Assembly: GCA_963815195.1 (NCBI GenBank) | Contig: CAWFGE010000005.1 | Location: forward strand, 1 to 64,000 | Length of the DNA stretch: 64,000 nucleotides | Direction of reading: 5' to 3' | Origin: an uncultured Planctomycetaceae bacterium | GTDB lineage: Bacteria > Planctomycetota > Planctomycetia > Planctomycetales > Planctomycetaceae | Shown: positions 1-9,933 of the stretch, piece by piece | Layout: each line of letters begins with the position of its first letter | Numbering within the stretch: the first letter of the stretch is position 1 | Notes under the pieces: generated by a model | What the model saw: the letters and a program-made list of their open reading frames with translations, nothing else | Told to the model about the DNA's origin: nothing | The model's database searches: none | Position numbers and translations under genes: made by a program

Positions 1-39
1 ACACGGAAGAGGTCACAGGTTCGAGCCCTGTAGGGACCA
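1..39 (+). tRNA. 3' half of tRNA-Val (anticodon NAC, truncated by window edge); integration target
   Basis: ACACGGAAG-AGGTC-ACAGGTTCGAGCCCTGT-AGGGACC-A gives the end of the anticodon loop, the T-arm and the 3' acceptor strand. Confidence 0.85.
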
Positions 40-1352
40 TTAAATCCTTTAGCCACAAGGACTTTTGACTCGCCACAACTCGCCGGAATGTCCTGGTTTT
101 CGAGGGGTTCGGGCGGGTCTTTCGCATTTTGGCGAGTCCCTGCGTACACTGTCTGCACCGGATTTTGCACCGCATCTTGTGCATTTACTGCACCGGATTT
201 TGCACCGCTTTTTTCTCCCGCTCCGGTTGCCCGGTCAAAGTCGGCGTTGGTCACTTGGAGATAATGCTTGGTCGCAATCGTCGGCGTGTTCCCCAACCAC
301 GCGGCCACAACGTGAATCGGATGCTCCTTCACCAACTCCGTTTCGCGGGAAGCGCGGAGGTTGTGAAACAACCGGGGCCACGGGCTTAAACCCGCTCGCT
401 TGATGATGCGCTCAAATTGCGTCCGAAGATTGCAGTTTCGCCAACCACCGGGCGTTTGGGCCGCTTCAAGATAATTCCCGCCCACGACGTATTCCGTCTC
501 GTCCTCGGCCATCTCTGAGGCTTCCAAGAGAATCGGCAGTAATTCAGGAAACAAGGGCATCACGCGGCTTTCCTTGCCTTCGTGCCGTTCGGTTTTGGGC
601 GATTGCACCACGAGTCGGTTGGAATCCCACAGGACATGCTCCCATCGGAAGGAAAGCACTTCGGAGGGACAACGCATTCCACCATACCGGCAAAGGGCAA
701 TGATGGTTCGCCAGGTGGGATTGCTGACGGCCAACAGCTTTTCCGTGTCCTCCACGGTGATGAAATGCTGCCGGTCCGATGACGTTCCCGCGGGGACTCC
801 CACACCCGTGAAAGGATTTTCCGAGATGAGTTTTCGTTTTTTGGCCATCGTGAAGAACATGCGGGCGTTCTTCAATCGCTTGCTGATGGTGGCCGACGCC
901 AGCTTTTGGCCGATGAGGAACATTTTGAAATCTTCGGCGTCCCCCTCGGTGATGCCCGCCAGGTCGCGGTTTTCCCCGAAAAACTCTTTCAGGTTCCGCA
1001 CGGCATTTCCCCAACCGATTTTCGTGGCTTCCTTCACATCAATTCGCCGGGCCACATAATCATCAAGGAACGCTCCCAGGGCCGAGACGGCTTTCATCTC
1101 GCGCGATTCCACCAAACCCACCTTGGAGAGCTTGTCATGCAGGAAATCGTCAATCTCCCCCACCCATGCAGCCGTATCCGCATCGAGGGATTGCCGGGAG
1201 AGCTTCGCCGCCAAGAGACTTTCCACGCGGCTCTTGATGGCCTCGGCATTGCGTTGAGAGATTTTGCCCAGCCGAATTGAATGCGGCTTGCCGGTTTCGG
1301 CTGTGAACTGAATCGTCCGCCGGCCGTTTGCTTGTTTCGTGATGCTCGCCAT
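1..1352 (-). CDS. Tyrosine recombinase/phage integrase; reading frame runs through att into the tRNA antisense with no stop in the window
   Basis: Manual translation from ATG 1352 (MASITKQANGRRTIQF...); catalytic motifs GMRCPSE, FHNLRASRET, LGNTPTIATKHY. Absent from the ORF track because it has no stop. Confidence 0.92.
   Translation of the reverse strand, partial: MASITKQANGRRTIQFTAETGKPHSIRLGKISQRNAEAIKSRVESLLAAKLSRQSLDADTAAWVGEIDDFLHDKLSKVGLVESREMKAVSALGAFLDDYVARRIDVKEATKIGWGNAVRNLKEFFGENRDLAGITEGDAEDFKMFLIGQKLASATISKRLKNARMFFTMAKKRKLISENPFTGVGVPAGTSSDRQHFITVEDTEKLLAVSNPTWRTIIALCRYGGMRCPSEVLSFRWEHVLWDSNRLVVQSPKTERHEGKESRVMPLFPELLPILLEASEMAEDETEYVVGGNYLEAAQTPGGWRNCNLRTQFERIIKRAGLSPWPRLFHNLRASRETELVKEHPIHVVAAWLGNTPTIATKHYLQVTNADFDRATGAGEKSGAKSGAVNAQDAVQNPVQTVYAGTRQNAKDPPEPLENQDIPASCGESKVLVAKGFNGPYRARTCDLFR
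153..211 (+). repeat. Tandem 21-bp repeats CTGCACCGGATTTTGCACCGC (153-173, 188-208); putative integrase arm sites
   Basis: Two exact copies 35 bp apart; a third near-copy lies at 4879-4910. Confidence 0.7.
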
Positions 1353-1358
1353 TCTGTT

Positions 1359-1655
1359 TCACCTTTCCTGATTCAAGGTGTCCTGGTTCTGAGAAAATAC
1401 ACCATCGGAATTCCCGTTGCGAGACTGATTGCAAAAGTCGAGGGCCGCTCGCACATCGGCCACGGTTGCGGTTTGGGCATCGAGAACAATCTCCCCCGTC
1501 TTGAGATAGGCCAGTACCGCGGGTTTGTGGATCCGAAGCCACTCAGCCAAATCGGGAGTCAGGGCCGCCTGGGGAGCGTAACGCAGCCGCTCCCCATCGG
1601 CTTTCAACCGAATGCCCAACCGGGCCAACTCGGTCAACAATTGGGGCAAGGTCAT
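1359..1655 (-). CDS. Small protein resembling the TubC N-terminal docking-domain family
   Basis: LARLGIRLKADGERLRYAPQAALTPDLAEWLRIHKPAVL; ATGA overlap with the helicase stop. Confidence 0.7.
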   Translation of the reverse strand: MTLPQLLTELARLGIRLKADGERLRYAPQAALTPDLAEWLRIHKPAVLAYLKTGEIVLDAQTATVADVRAALDFCNQSRNGNSDGVFSQNQDTLNQER

Positions 1656-3257
1656 ATCGTCCCCCACTCGCCACCATCGGCTGGTTTGGTGGGGGAATCG
1701 TCGCAGAGTCCGCCAGTCTCGCCAGAGTCCGCCAAACTATTTTCCTTGGCGAGACTGTCCGATACTGGGGGAGATTGCATCACGATGACCTTTTCCGGCC
1801 ACCGCCAAACCCAGGGGCCACCGAACCCGTTCGGCTCGGCCACCACGCCGAACTTCTTTTTCGCCCGCTCCAAGGTCCGTTCCGCAATCCCATCGGCTTT
1901 GGCCTGTTCTTTCAATTCCTTGCCGGGCCGCGGGCCGCCGGCCAGGGCATTCTTGAGCCAGTCAATTGCCTCATCGAGGGCCGATGCGGTTTGCTCCCCG
2001 TTCCCATTCTCGGCCGCCAAAGCATCATCCGCGGAGATGTCCACGGGATCCCGCTCCCAGGCGATGCGGGCCGGGTCGGGCAGGATGGAAAATGCCAGCC
2101 CTTGCCCTTGCGCGGAGAGATTGTTTTTCCCCGGCAGCAGCAGCCGGCGGGATTTGTTTTCGCGGTCGCTGGAGAGATGCCAGACCGCCCGCGCAATTCC
2201 GGTGAACGCTCGGCTTCCGAGGGCGGTATCATCGGCCGTCCCGCCGGCGCTCTTGCGTCGATGGGCCACGACAACCACCGCCGGTCCGAAACGCTCGGCC
2301 AGCTTCGCCACCGGAGCCAACACCGCCCGCACTTCGTTGTCCCGATGGGCGTCGGTCCGGCCGCCGAGATAAGAACCAATCGGGTCGATGACCACAAGCT
2401 TGCAATCGGCCACGGTATCGAGGGCCTGTTCCAAGGCGGGCAAATCGGCCAGCGTAAAAACCCTTTCCTCCGGCTTGCCATCAGAGTTCAGATAACGGAC
2501 AGCCGAGAGCAAATGCACGCCGGCCACGTCCGCAAGGTGGGCATCGAGCCGCGGGCGGATTGTGTCCCCTGGGTCATCTTCGGCGGAAATGAAAATCACC
2601 GAACCCTTGGGGCAAGCGCTCCCATCGGGCCAGGGCGTGCCGGTCGAGACGCGGGCCGCCATGTCCGTCGTCATAAACGACTTTCCTTCGCCGGGCCGCC
2701 CCACCAACAGCGTGATGCGTCCCAATGGAACCCGTCCCGGCCACAGCCAGGAAACATCCTTGGGCTGCACATCGGCCAGACACGTTAGCACCGGGCCGCC
2801 GGTTGGCTTGGCCTCTTTCACCGGGCCGATGGGCTTGTTGATGTCCAGGGCCTGCGCGATTTGTTTCTTGCAGTCATCAATCACGCGCCGGCGCTCGGCC
2901 ATCGTCCGCACTATGCCAGCATAGTATACCGCATTTTTGGTGTTCGGTGTTGTCTCGGCAGCCTGCCCAATGGGATGCACATAATCCGCTCCCAAGCGCG
3001 TGCCAAGAGTCACCATATCCACCGGGTCACCCTGCGAGTGCATCGCAACAATCTCACGGCACATGCGGGCAGTTTGGAGATTGTAGAAGTCAGCCAGCCA
3101 TTTCCGTGTTTGAGAACGGTGGGAATGCAGCGCCAGTCGATTCCACCCACAGATGGATTGGCGCATCAGGATTCCAATGGAATGATGTTCGCTTGAGATG
3201 CAGCCATTCAAGAAATTCGGTGGGAGTCGAGGGATAGGGATAGGGTACGTCAGCCAT
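1652..3257 (-). CDS. AAA_25/RepA-like helicase with DnaB N-terminal-like segment (start uncertain, possible frameshift near 3095)
   Basis: Walker A GRPGEGKS, ISAEDD, Walker B LVVIDP, HRRK, ALGSRAF; DFY...DPVDMVTL upstream. Confidence 0.8.
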
Positions 3258-3451
3258 TGCCACGTTCCTGATTTCGTGGTTCCTGAATGAGAGAAGAAGC
3301 GCGGCGGGCCTCTCAGGTAAAGGTTTTCGGGCCGTCGCCCTAGCCGCGTTGAGGCCAACGATACCGCTTCCGGGCGCAACGTTCAACAAATGCTTCGCAT
3401 TTCGCTGGTCGGTTGGTTATGTTGGGGTTGTCCATATTTCCTGGAGAACCC

Positions 3452-4352
3452 ATGCCCGAAACTCGCCTCTGGCAATGCCCCGGATGTTCCAAAACCTACA
3501 GAATCCCCGTTGACCGTGCAGATCCCGCGATTTGCCCGACGTGTAAAGACGAAGAAGAAAACGCCATCGTTGTTGTTTCTCCGCCGCCTTTGTGGGAGGA
3601 ACGCCCACAGCGTGAGCAATCGCGCCAGCCCATCATCAATACGTTGGCCGTTGTGCTGGTCGCCGTCACGGGCATTGTCATTTTCCAGAGCCTCTTTGAT
3701 GATGGCGATGATCCGGTCAAACCGAATAATGGTCTGGCCCAGCCCCAAAAACCAGTTGCCGTCCCGCGCGATGCGATTCCCAGCGATGTTTCGTTCTCGG
3801 TGATTAATTCAACCACCGTTCCCGGCATCAAACGCAGTCTTACCGTCAGGCTAAACAAAAAGGTTTCCAAGAAGACCCTCGCGGCCATCGCTCATAAGTT
3901 GAAAGTGCAGGATCCGGGGGCTTACGATCGCACCTTCATTACCTACTATCTCCCCGGAATGGCGGTGGGCAGCGGCGCTTGGGCAACAACCCATTTCAAT
4001 CCTGACATTGACGTGAGGATTCTTGGCCTAACGGCTCAGAGTGAGAAAAAAAATATTGCTTTGCCTGCCCCAACCGCGGCCGAGGTCGTCGGGCGCTGGC
4101 TCGATAGCACCCTCTTTCGCGGGAGCCGAATCGTGATCTTCCGCAAAGGGGGAAGGCTATTCGTGGAACAGACTTTCAAGGATGGCGGCCGTCTCGAAAC
4201 ACAGGTTATTGAAAAAAAGTCACCGCTTGGTCGCCGATTCGACAAGGTGGAAGGTTCGATATCTCGGAGACCATTGGGTTCTAACCCCCAACGGTGATCT
4301 TCAAATTCGTGACAACGAAGGTCTGATTGGTACGGCCAGAAAGATTCAATAG
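3452..4352 (+). CDS. Zn-ribbon, single-TM hypothetical cargo protein (frameshift near 4265)
   Basis: CPGC...CPTC, TM segment LAVVLVAVTGIVIF; C-terminus appears to continue in another frame (GDHWVLTPNGDLQIRDNEG...). Confidence 0.6.
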
Positions 4353-4354
4353 GT

Positions 4355-4771
4355 TCAGCCAAACGCGGCATCCCACATTTCTTGAAGCTTTGACGAATGT
4401 TTTCCGTTTCTGGCCAGTTCGTCAGGATTCCCGCTGCCGATGGATTCCGGCTTGCCCGTCAATAACCCCATCCCTTTCAGCACATCCATCGCTGCTTTTG
4501 CATCGCCGTCCTCAATCGCCTTTTCGACCACTTCCGTTGCCCGCTGAGCCATCCTTACCAGCCGGGCCTGCATTGCATCCCGGAGTTCCCGCCGGCCCGC
4601 ATTGTATGCGGCTTGGAATGTGAAATCCTCCCGCATCCACCGGTGCACGGTTTCGCGGGCCACTTCGCCCGCAGCCGACGCCTGGGTGATGGTCTGGCCG
4701 CGGAGCAATTCGGCAATCACGCGCTCCTGCGCGGGCGTTGGTGTGGCATTCTGTGACGATTCGTGATTCAT
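4355..4771 (-). CDS. Phage-type helix-turn-helix protein
   Basis: QERVIAELLRGQTITQASAAGEVARETVHRW HTH pattern. Confidence 0.75.
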   Translation of the reverse strand: MNHESSQNATPTPAQERVIAELLRGQTITQASAAGEVARETVHRWMREDFTFQAAYNAGRRELRDAMQARLVRMAQRATEVVEKAIEDGDAKAAMDVLKGMGLLTGKPESIGSGNPDELARNGKHSSKLQEMWDAAFG

Positions 4772-4956
4772 TGCTCACCAACTTCAACAAGATCCAAGAT
4801 TCTGGCTTTCACAGCCGGAGAGAGGGCCGGCCATCGGTCGATGAGGGTCTGCAAATCGGCATCCATCGGGGCGGTTTCTGCATTAAGTGCACCGGATTTT
4901 GCAGCGCTTTCGGGAAAACATGCCGTTTCCCCCTTGTTTTCGAGGGGTGTTCGCAT
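4768..4956 (-). other. Detached in-frame C-terminal segment of the integrase (62 aa)
   Basis: Follows the att-encoded NGPYR in the same register as the integrase; its stop overlaps the HTH start (ATGA). Confidence 0.65.
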
Positions 4957-5012
4957 CCTGTAGGGACCATTCACCGTAAGTTAGGCCAAATCAATCACTT
5001 GCATACTACCGT

Positions 5013-5429
5013 TTGCTCAAGTTCTTTCAGCAGCCTTTTTTGATCACCGGCGGAAAGTTTCCGGGGATCCCTCGGGAACTCGCAGCGGTCGTACACGACG
5101 ATCCGAAGCAGCGGGCCGATTATGAACGCGCCGTTGCCTTCTACGCCCGGCTGACCAATCCGCTCGTCTCGCTGAGTTTGCTGAACGTGATGGACGCGGC
5201 CGATGCCGGGGCGCTTGCCGCAGCCCAGTTAAATGCCCACGCGCGTCCGGCCGTTTCCGTCTTCCCGGCCTCGACCAGCCGCGAGCGCCGGCTGTTCGAC
5301 CGGTTGTTTCCGCTGGGATTCCCCGAAAGGGCCGATTTTATGCAGGAGCTGATTCGGGCCGTTCAGAATCGCGATGTGGACCTTATGCCGGAACCGGAGA
5401 GCGGCGGTTATCGTCCCGGTCGCGATTGA
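5013..5429 (+). pseudogene. Possible gene fragment just outside attR
   Basis: Protein-like ORF with no clear start; function unknown. Confidence 0.3.
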
Positions 5430-5698
5430 TCCCAAAAGAAGCACGGCCCAATTGGGGAACACCGCGGGCGTGCGGCTGGATCGGCTGGAAGTCGCCTTCG
5501 AGAACGGTGTTCCGCCCTCGGTCCGTCCGGTTGGCTCGCAACCCGAATGGCTGTAGCCGTCCATTTTCTGCAAACTGGTGCTGCTTGATTTTGGTGGTTT
5601 GATTATGCTTGGGAGATCGAATACACCGGAACCGCGTCGGGAAAATCAGTGGCACAAAGTTTCAATCCCAATAGCGGCTCCTGCTTTCTGGTGCAACT

Positions 5699-6154
5699 TT
5701 GATGAAACGAGCCAACAAGGCACCCCTAATCGCCCTCATCCTCCTCCTGGCCGCAGCTTTTGTGGGGCGGGAAGTTGGGTTTGTTCCAGACTTTGGATCG
5801 CATCGCTCCCAGGTCGAAAGTGGCGACGATGCCGTCGCGTCGGCATTTGAGAGTCGGTCCAGCAACGTTCAAGTCTCCGGCACAGGCATCGTGATTCGAT
5901 TGCTTCCCGATGATAATGACGGACGCAAACATCAGCGATTCATTCTAAAAATGCCGTCGGGCCAAACGGTCTTGTTTGCCCACAATATCGATCTGGCTCC
6001 CCGTCTCAATGGTCTCAAAGTCGGAGACCGCGTGGAGTTCCATGGGGAATATGAATGGAACGCCAAAGGCGGCGTGATTCATTGGACACACCGCGATCCC
6101 CTAGGCCGGCATGAGCCAGGCTGGCTGAAACACAACGGCCGCCGCTATGATTAA
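5699..6154 (+). CDS. DUF3465-family exported protein
   Basis: Signal peptide; LLPDDNDGRKHQRF, AHNIDLAP, GEYEWN, HWTH. Confidence 0.85.
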   Translation: MMKRANKAPLIALILLLAAAFVGREVGFVPDFGSHRSQVESGDDAVASAFESRSSNVQVSGTGIVIRLLPDDNDGRKHQRFILKMPSGQTVLFAHNIDLAPRLNGLKVGDRVEFHGEYEWNAKGGVIHWTHRDPLGRHEPGWLKHNGRRYD

Positions 6155-6322
6155 CCCACCCGGTCGTGATTGAGCAGGCGTAGTGGTCGTCGGACCGATG
6201 ATTGACCTATCGTCAGCGAAAAAAATCCCGACACCGGACCACTTCCCTGCAAGAGGCCATTGCGATAATTCGACCGGCGGTCCTCCAGAAGAGTGACGAA
6301 AACAAGGCTGGCAGAGCCGGCC

Positions 6323-6607
6323 TTACATGCATGCCGGAAGCAGAACCAAAAAGTGGCCCAAAACCAAAAAGCCTTCCGTGATAAGACCATAACCGATGCG
6401 AACTGAGCGGCGAAAGCTTTTTATGGCGATGATTAACAGGACCAAAGGGCATACAAACAACGACAAGAGTGCTGGCAGCAGCAATAGGGTTAACTGATTC
6501 TCGACAAAACTCGATACGGAATCTGAGATGAACAGTCCCCGGTCCGAAAGTACAAGGATTGCGCAGAAAGCGACGCCGCATAGGTGTGAGTAAATACACG
6601 CCCGCAT
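6323..6607 (-). CDS. Small membrane hypothetical protein
   Basis: 94 aa with three hydrophobic segments, directly downstream of the peptidase. Confidence 0.45.
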   Translation of the reverse strand: MRACIYSHLCGVAFCAILVLSDRGLFISDSVSSFVENQLTLLLLPALLSLFVCPLVLLIIAIKSFRRSVRIGYGLITEGFLVLGHFLVLLPACM

Positions 6608-6611
6608 GATA

Positions 6612-8621
6612 TTACCGCGGCTTATCGAGGACGACTTTTAGGTTGACTTTTTTGCCTTCGCGCAGCACGGTGACTTCCACCTGGTCGCCGGCGTTGAAGT
6701 CGCGGAGGGCGAGGTCGAAGTCGTCGAGGCTGCCGATTTTTTGTTTGCCCATCTGCACGATCACATCGCCGCCTTTTAAGCCGCCTTTGTCGGCGGGGCT
6801 GCCGGGCGAAACGCCGGAGATGGCATAGCCCGCGGCCTCGCTGCCGAAGTCGGGAATGCTGCCGAAGTAAGGCCGGCTCCCGCCGCGCCCGATTGTCGCA
6901 GCGCCTTTGACGGCGATGTATTCGGGGCGGTCTTTGTTGTCCAAGGTGTTCTGCACGATGTCTTCCAAAAGGTCCACCACGCGGGTCATGCCGGGCACGT
7001 TGATCTTGTCCCAGTCATCCGATGGCCGGTGATAGTCGCGGTGCGTGTCGGTGAAGAAGTGCAGCACCGGGATCTTCTTCATGAAGAATTCCTGGTGGTC
7101 GCTCGGCCCCATGCCTTCGGGTTTATAAGCGAGATCGAAGCCGTGCTTCTTGCCGAGGTCTTCGAGCATTGGCTTCCAACGCTTCGCGGTGCCCGTGCCG
7201 TATACGATCAGCTTATCGTTCCGCAGCCGGCCGACCATATCCATGTTGAACATGGCGATCGTGTCCTTGAGCGGGAACACGGGGTTCTTGACATAATAGT
7301 TGGAGCCGATGAGTCCGCGTTCCTCGGCGGTGAACGCGATCAACACCAATCGGCGGGACGGTTTTTTCTTCATGGCCCCGAACCGGCGGGCAAGTTCGAT
7401 CAGGCTCACCGTGCCGGAGCCGTTGTCGTCGGCTCCATTGTGGACTTCATGCGATCCCGGCGCGAGCGATCCCGGCCCGCCCATGCCGACGTGATCGTAA
7501 TGCGCCCCGATGACGATCGTCTCGTTGGCGAGCGGGCCTTCTCCTTCCAACACGCCGATCACGTTTTTGACTTCGCTTTCGATCTGCTCGACCGAACCGA
7601 CGCCTTTGACATGCCAACCCTTGAGCACGCCCGACCGGGGTTTGAGGTCTTTATCGATCGCGTTTTCCACGTCCGCGAGCGATTCGCCGAGCGATTCTTT
7701 CAGCAAACGGTCTGCGACCGCTTGTTTGATGTGGAACACCGGAACGCTCTTCTTCCGCCCGTCGCCGCCGTAGCCGAATTTCATCAGCGTATCGTCATCC
7801 GCGGTCTCGGCCCGGTCTTCGAGGGTTTTCAAGTAGCGGAGGGCGTCTTGGTGCTTCTTGCTGATCGCGGCGAATTTTTCTTTATCGTTCTCGTCGGCTT
7901 GTTCCAATTGCTCGGCCACGACCGCAAGGTCTTTGGCCGCTTTTTCGATTTGATCCTGAAGCTGCTCGGCCTCGTGCTCGCCGGTGTAGGTGTCGTTGAC
8001 GAACAACACCGCCGCCGCGCCCCGCCGGAAGGCCTGGCTGATCTTCGTGGAGAGAGCCGCGTGCCGGGACACGCCGCCGTGGGCGTCGGCAAAGGGGCCG
8101 TGGGGATTCCCTTGCTGCGGGTTCCGCCGCATGATGATCGCGATCTTCCCCTTAAGATCGAGGTCTTTGGGAAAGTCGCTGTAGTCCTCGGCTTCGATGG
8201 CATAGCCCAAAAACACGAGGTCGCCCTCAAATTTCCCCGACCCGCCGAACGAGCAGGTGCGGAACTGCTTGTCGAATTTGAGCTCGATCTTCTCGCCGTC
8301 GTCCGAAGTGAATACCAGCGAGTTTTCTTTGCCCAGTTCGGTGCCCGTCACCAGCGGAAACGGCTGAAACGCCCCGTCATCGACTTCCGTCACATCCAGG
8401 CCGGCTTTTTCAAATTCCTTGCGGATGAACTCGGCGGCCTTGTTGATGCCCTTCGTCCCCACGCCCCGGCCCTCCAGTTCGTCCGACGAGAGGTATTTCA
8501 AATCGCTCAGCATGCGGGACTGCGTCTCGGTCAAGGCATCGGCAAACGCCAGCCGCGGACCGATTGCCAGGAGACCCAACACCAGCCAACTCATCAACCG
8601 CAGGGAGGACCGGAATTTCAT
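6612..8621 (-). CDS. M28 family peptidase with PA and PDZ domains
   Basis: GAHYDH, GADDNGSG, FTAEERG, SDH, YHRPSD; C-terminal PDZ (GSPADKGGLKGGD). Confidence 0.92.
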   Translation of the reverse strand: MKFRSSLRLMSWLVLGLLAIGPRLAFADALTETQSRMLSDLKYLSSDELEGRGVGTKGINKAAEFIRKEFEKAGLDVTEVDDGAFQPFPLVTGTELGKENSLVFTSDDGEKIELKFDKQFRTCSFGGSGKFEGDLVFLGYAIEAEDYSDFPKDLDLKGKIAIIMRRNPQQGNPHGPFADAHGGVSRHAALSTKISQAFRRGAAAVLFVNDTYTGEHEAEQLQDQIEKAAKDLAVVAEQLEQADENDKEKFAAISKKHQDALRYLKTLEDRAETADDDTLMKFGYGGDGRKKSVPVFHIKQAVADRLLKESLGESLADVENAIDKDLKPRSGVLKGWHVKGVGSVEQIESEVKNVIGVLEGEGPLANETIVIGAHYDHVGMGGPGSLAPGSHEVHNGADDNGSGTVSLIELARRFGAMKKKPSRRLVLIAFTAEERGLIGSNYYVKNPVFPLKDTIAMFNMDMVGRLRNDKLIVYGTGTAKRWKPMLEDLGKKHGFDLAYKPEGMGPSDHQEFFMKKIPVLHFFTDTHRDYHRPSDDWDKINVPGMTRVVDLLEDIVQNTLDNKDRPEYIAVKGAATIGRGGSRPYFGSIPDFGSEAAGYAISGVSPGSPADKGGLKGGDVIVQMGKQKIGSLDDFDLALRDFNAGDQVEVTVLREGKKVNLKVVLDKPR

Positions 8622-8860
8622 GCTTTTTTCATCCTTTCAATGTCACCAAGAACGCTGCCCGCCGTTGTCTCCGCCGGCGACAGATATGGACTTTCACTTG
8701 TGTATTTTAGGCGACCCGCCGCGAAAAAACCAAGGGCCAATGAATGACCAATGACCAGTTGCGCCGATGGTTGGAGGTTTTCATGGGCATTGGGATTTGG
8801 TCATTTTGCCGGAGGGTGCTAGGATTTCCATTATCGAAGTTGACCGATGGAGGCAGAGGC

Positions 8861-9721
8861 ATGCAGGTTATCATCACCGCCGTGGGGCCGGACAATGTTG
8901 GATTGGCCGATCCGATTGTGCATTACGTCACGGGGGCCGGGGCGAATATCCATGAAATCCAAATGTACGACCGCGATGATGAAAAACTGTTTGCGATGCT
9001 GCTCCGCCTGGAATGGCCGGACGATGGAGAGACCGTCTCCGTGTTGCGGGACCACATGAACCAGATCGGGTCTCTCAAAGGCCTTTCCATTCGCACCTGG
9101 TCGCGGGATGAACGACCCAACTTGCCCAAAATCGCCATTTGCTGCACGTATCGGCCGGAACCGGCTTTAGCTATTCTACGTGCGATTCGCGATGGGCGTT
9201 TGAAAGCCGAGCCCGCGGTGATGATCGGAAACCGCCCCGCCTGCCGGGGCGTCGCGGAGCAGTTCGGCGTCGACTGGCAGCAGATCGGCGACAACCAGGG
9301 CAACCCCGATAACGCCCGCCTCGTCGAATTGATCGATGGGCACGACGTGGATTACGTCGTGCTCGCCCGGTACATGCGCGTGCTGCCGCCTTCGATCTGC
9401 TGGCAGTTCGCCGGCGGCCGCATCATCAACCTGCATCACGGGTTATTGCCTTCGTTTCCGGGATTTCGGCCCTACGAAGACGCCTATTCGCACCGCATGC
9501 TGACCTACGGGGCCACGGTGCATTTTATCGTCCCCGAACTCGATGCCGGGAATCAGATCATCAATCAGAGCACGTTCACCGTGTTCCCCGGCACGCCTCT
9601 CGAGGCCGTCAAACGCCAGGGCGAAACCGACCACGAGCCGGCGTGCCTCGTCGAGGGCCTTCGCCGCGTGGTGGACCGCGAAGTCGAGCTGCACTTCCAC
9701 CGCGTGATCCGCACGCGTTGA
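8861..9721 (+). CDS. purU: Formyltetrahydrofolate deformylase
   Basis: N-terminal ACT domain, VLARYMRVL, INLHHGLLPSF, GATVHF. Confidence 0.9.
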   Translation: MQVIITAVGPDNVGLADPIVHYVTGAGANIHEIQMYDRDDEKLFAMLLRLEWPDDGETVSVLRDHMNQIGSLKGLSIRTWSRDERPNLPKIAICCTYRPEPALAILRAIRDGRLKAEPAVMIGNRPACRGVAEQFGVDWQQIGDNQGNPDNARLVELIDGHDVDYVVLARYMRVLPPSICWQFAGGRIINLHHGLLPSFPGFRPYEDAYSHRMLTYGATVHFIVPELDAGNQIINQSTFTVFPGTPLEAVKRQGETDHEPACLVEGLRRVVDREVELHFHRVIRTR

Positions 9722-9745
9722 GGATCGGGAAAAGAACACAACAAA

Positions 9746-9795
9746 GAGCCGCGCACAAAGTAAGAGGAACCTACGCCGCTTACTTCGTGCGCGGC
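9746..9795. repeat. REP-like palindrome family A, copy 1
   Basis: GAGCCGCGCACAAAGTAAG...CTTACTTCGTGCGCGGC; related copies at 23103 and 56215. Confidence 0.8.
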
Positions 9796-9933
9796 CGTTT
9801 TTCGAATTCATGCGACGGTGCGAGATTGCCGGTTAGGGCAAGTTGGCGGGTTGTGCTCAAGGTGCCGGTTTCGTTTCGCCGATTTGAACAGAAGATGATG
9901 CAGGGGGGTCTCGGATTCAAGAAACCGGCTGCC

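Larger units (their letters stand above)
27..4971. mobile_element. ~4.9 kb tRNA-integrated satellite-like element
   Basis: Exact 15-bp direct repeat CCTGTAGGGACCATT at 27-41 and 4957-4971 (tRNA 3' end) enclosing an integrase, AAA helicase, HTH and cargo genes. Confidence 0.9.

Noticed and set aside
544..1280. ORF-track ORFs over the integrase region
   Set aside because: Shadow frames; the real gene is the stop-less minus-strand frame starting at 1352.
9857..9885. Sigma-28-like promoter TCAAG-N16-GCCGATTT upstream of flgF
   Set aside because: Spacing is longer than consensus and I found no matching site before other flagellar genes.
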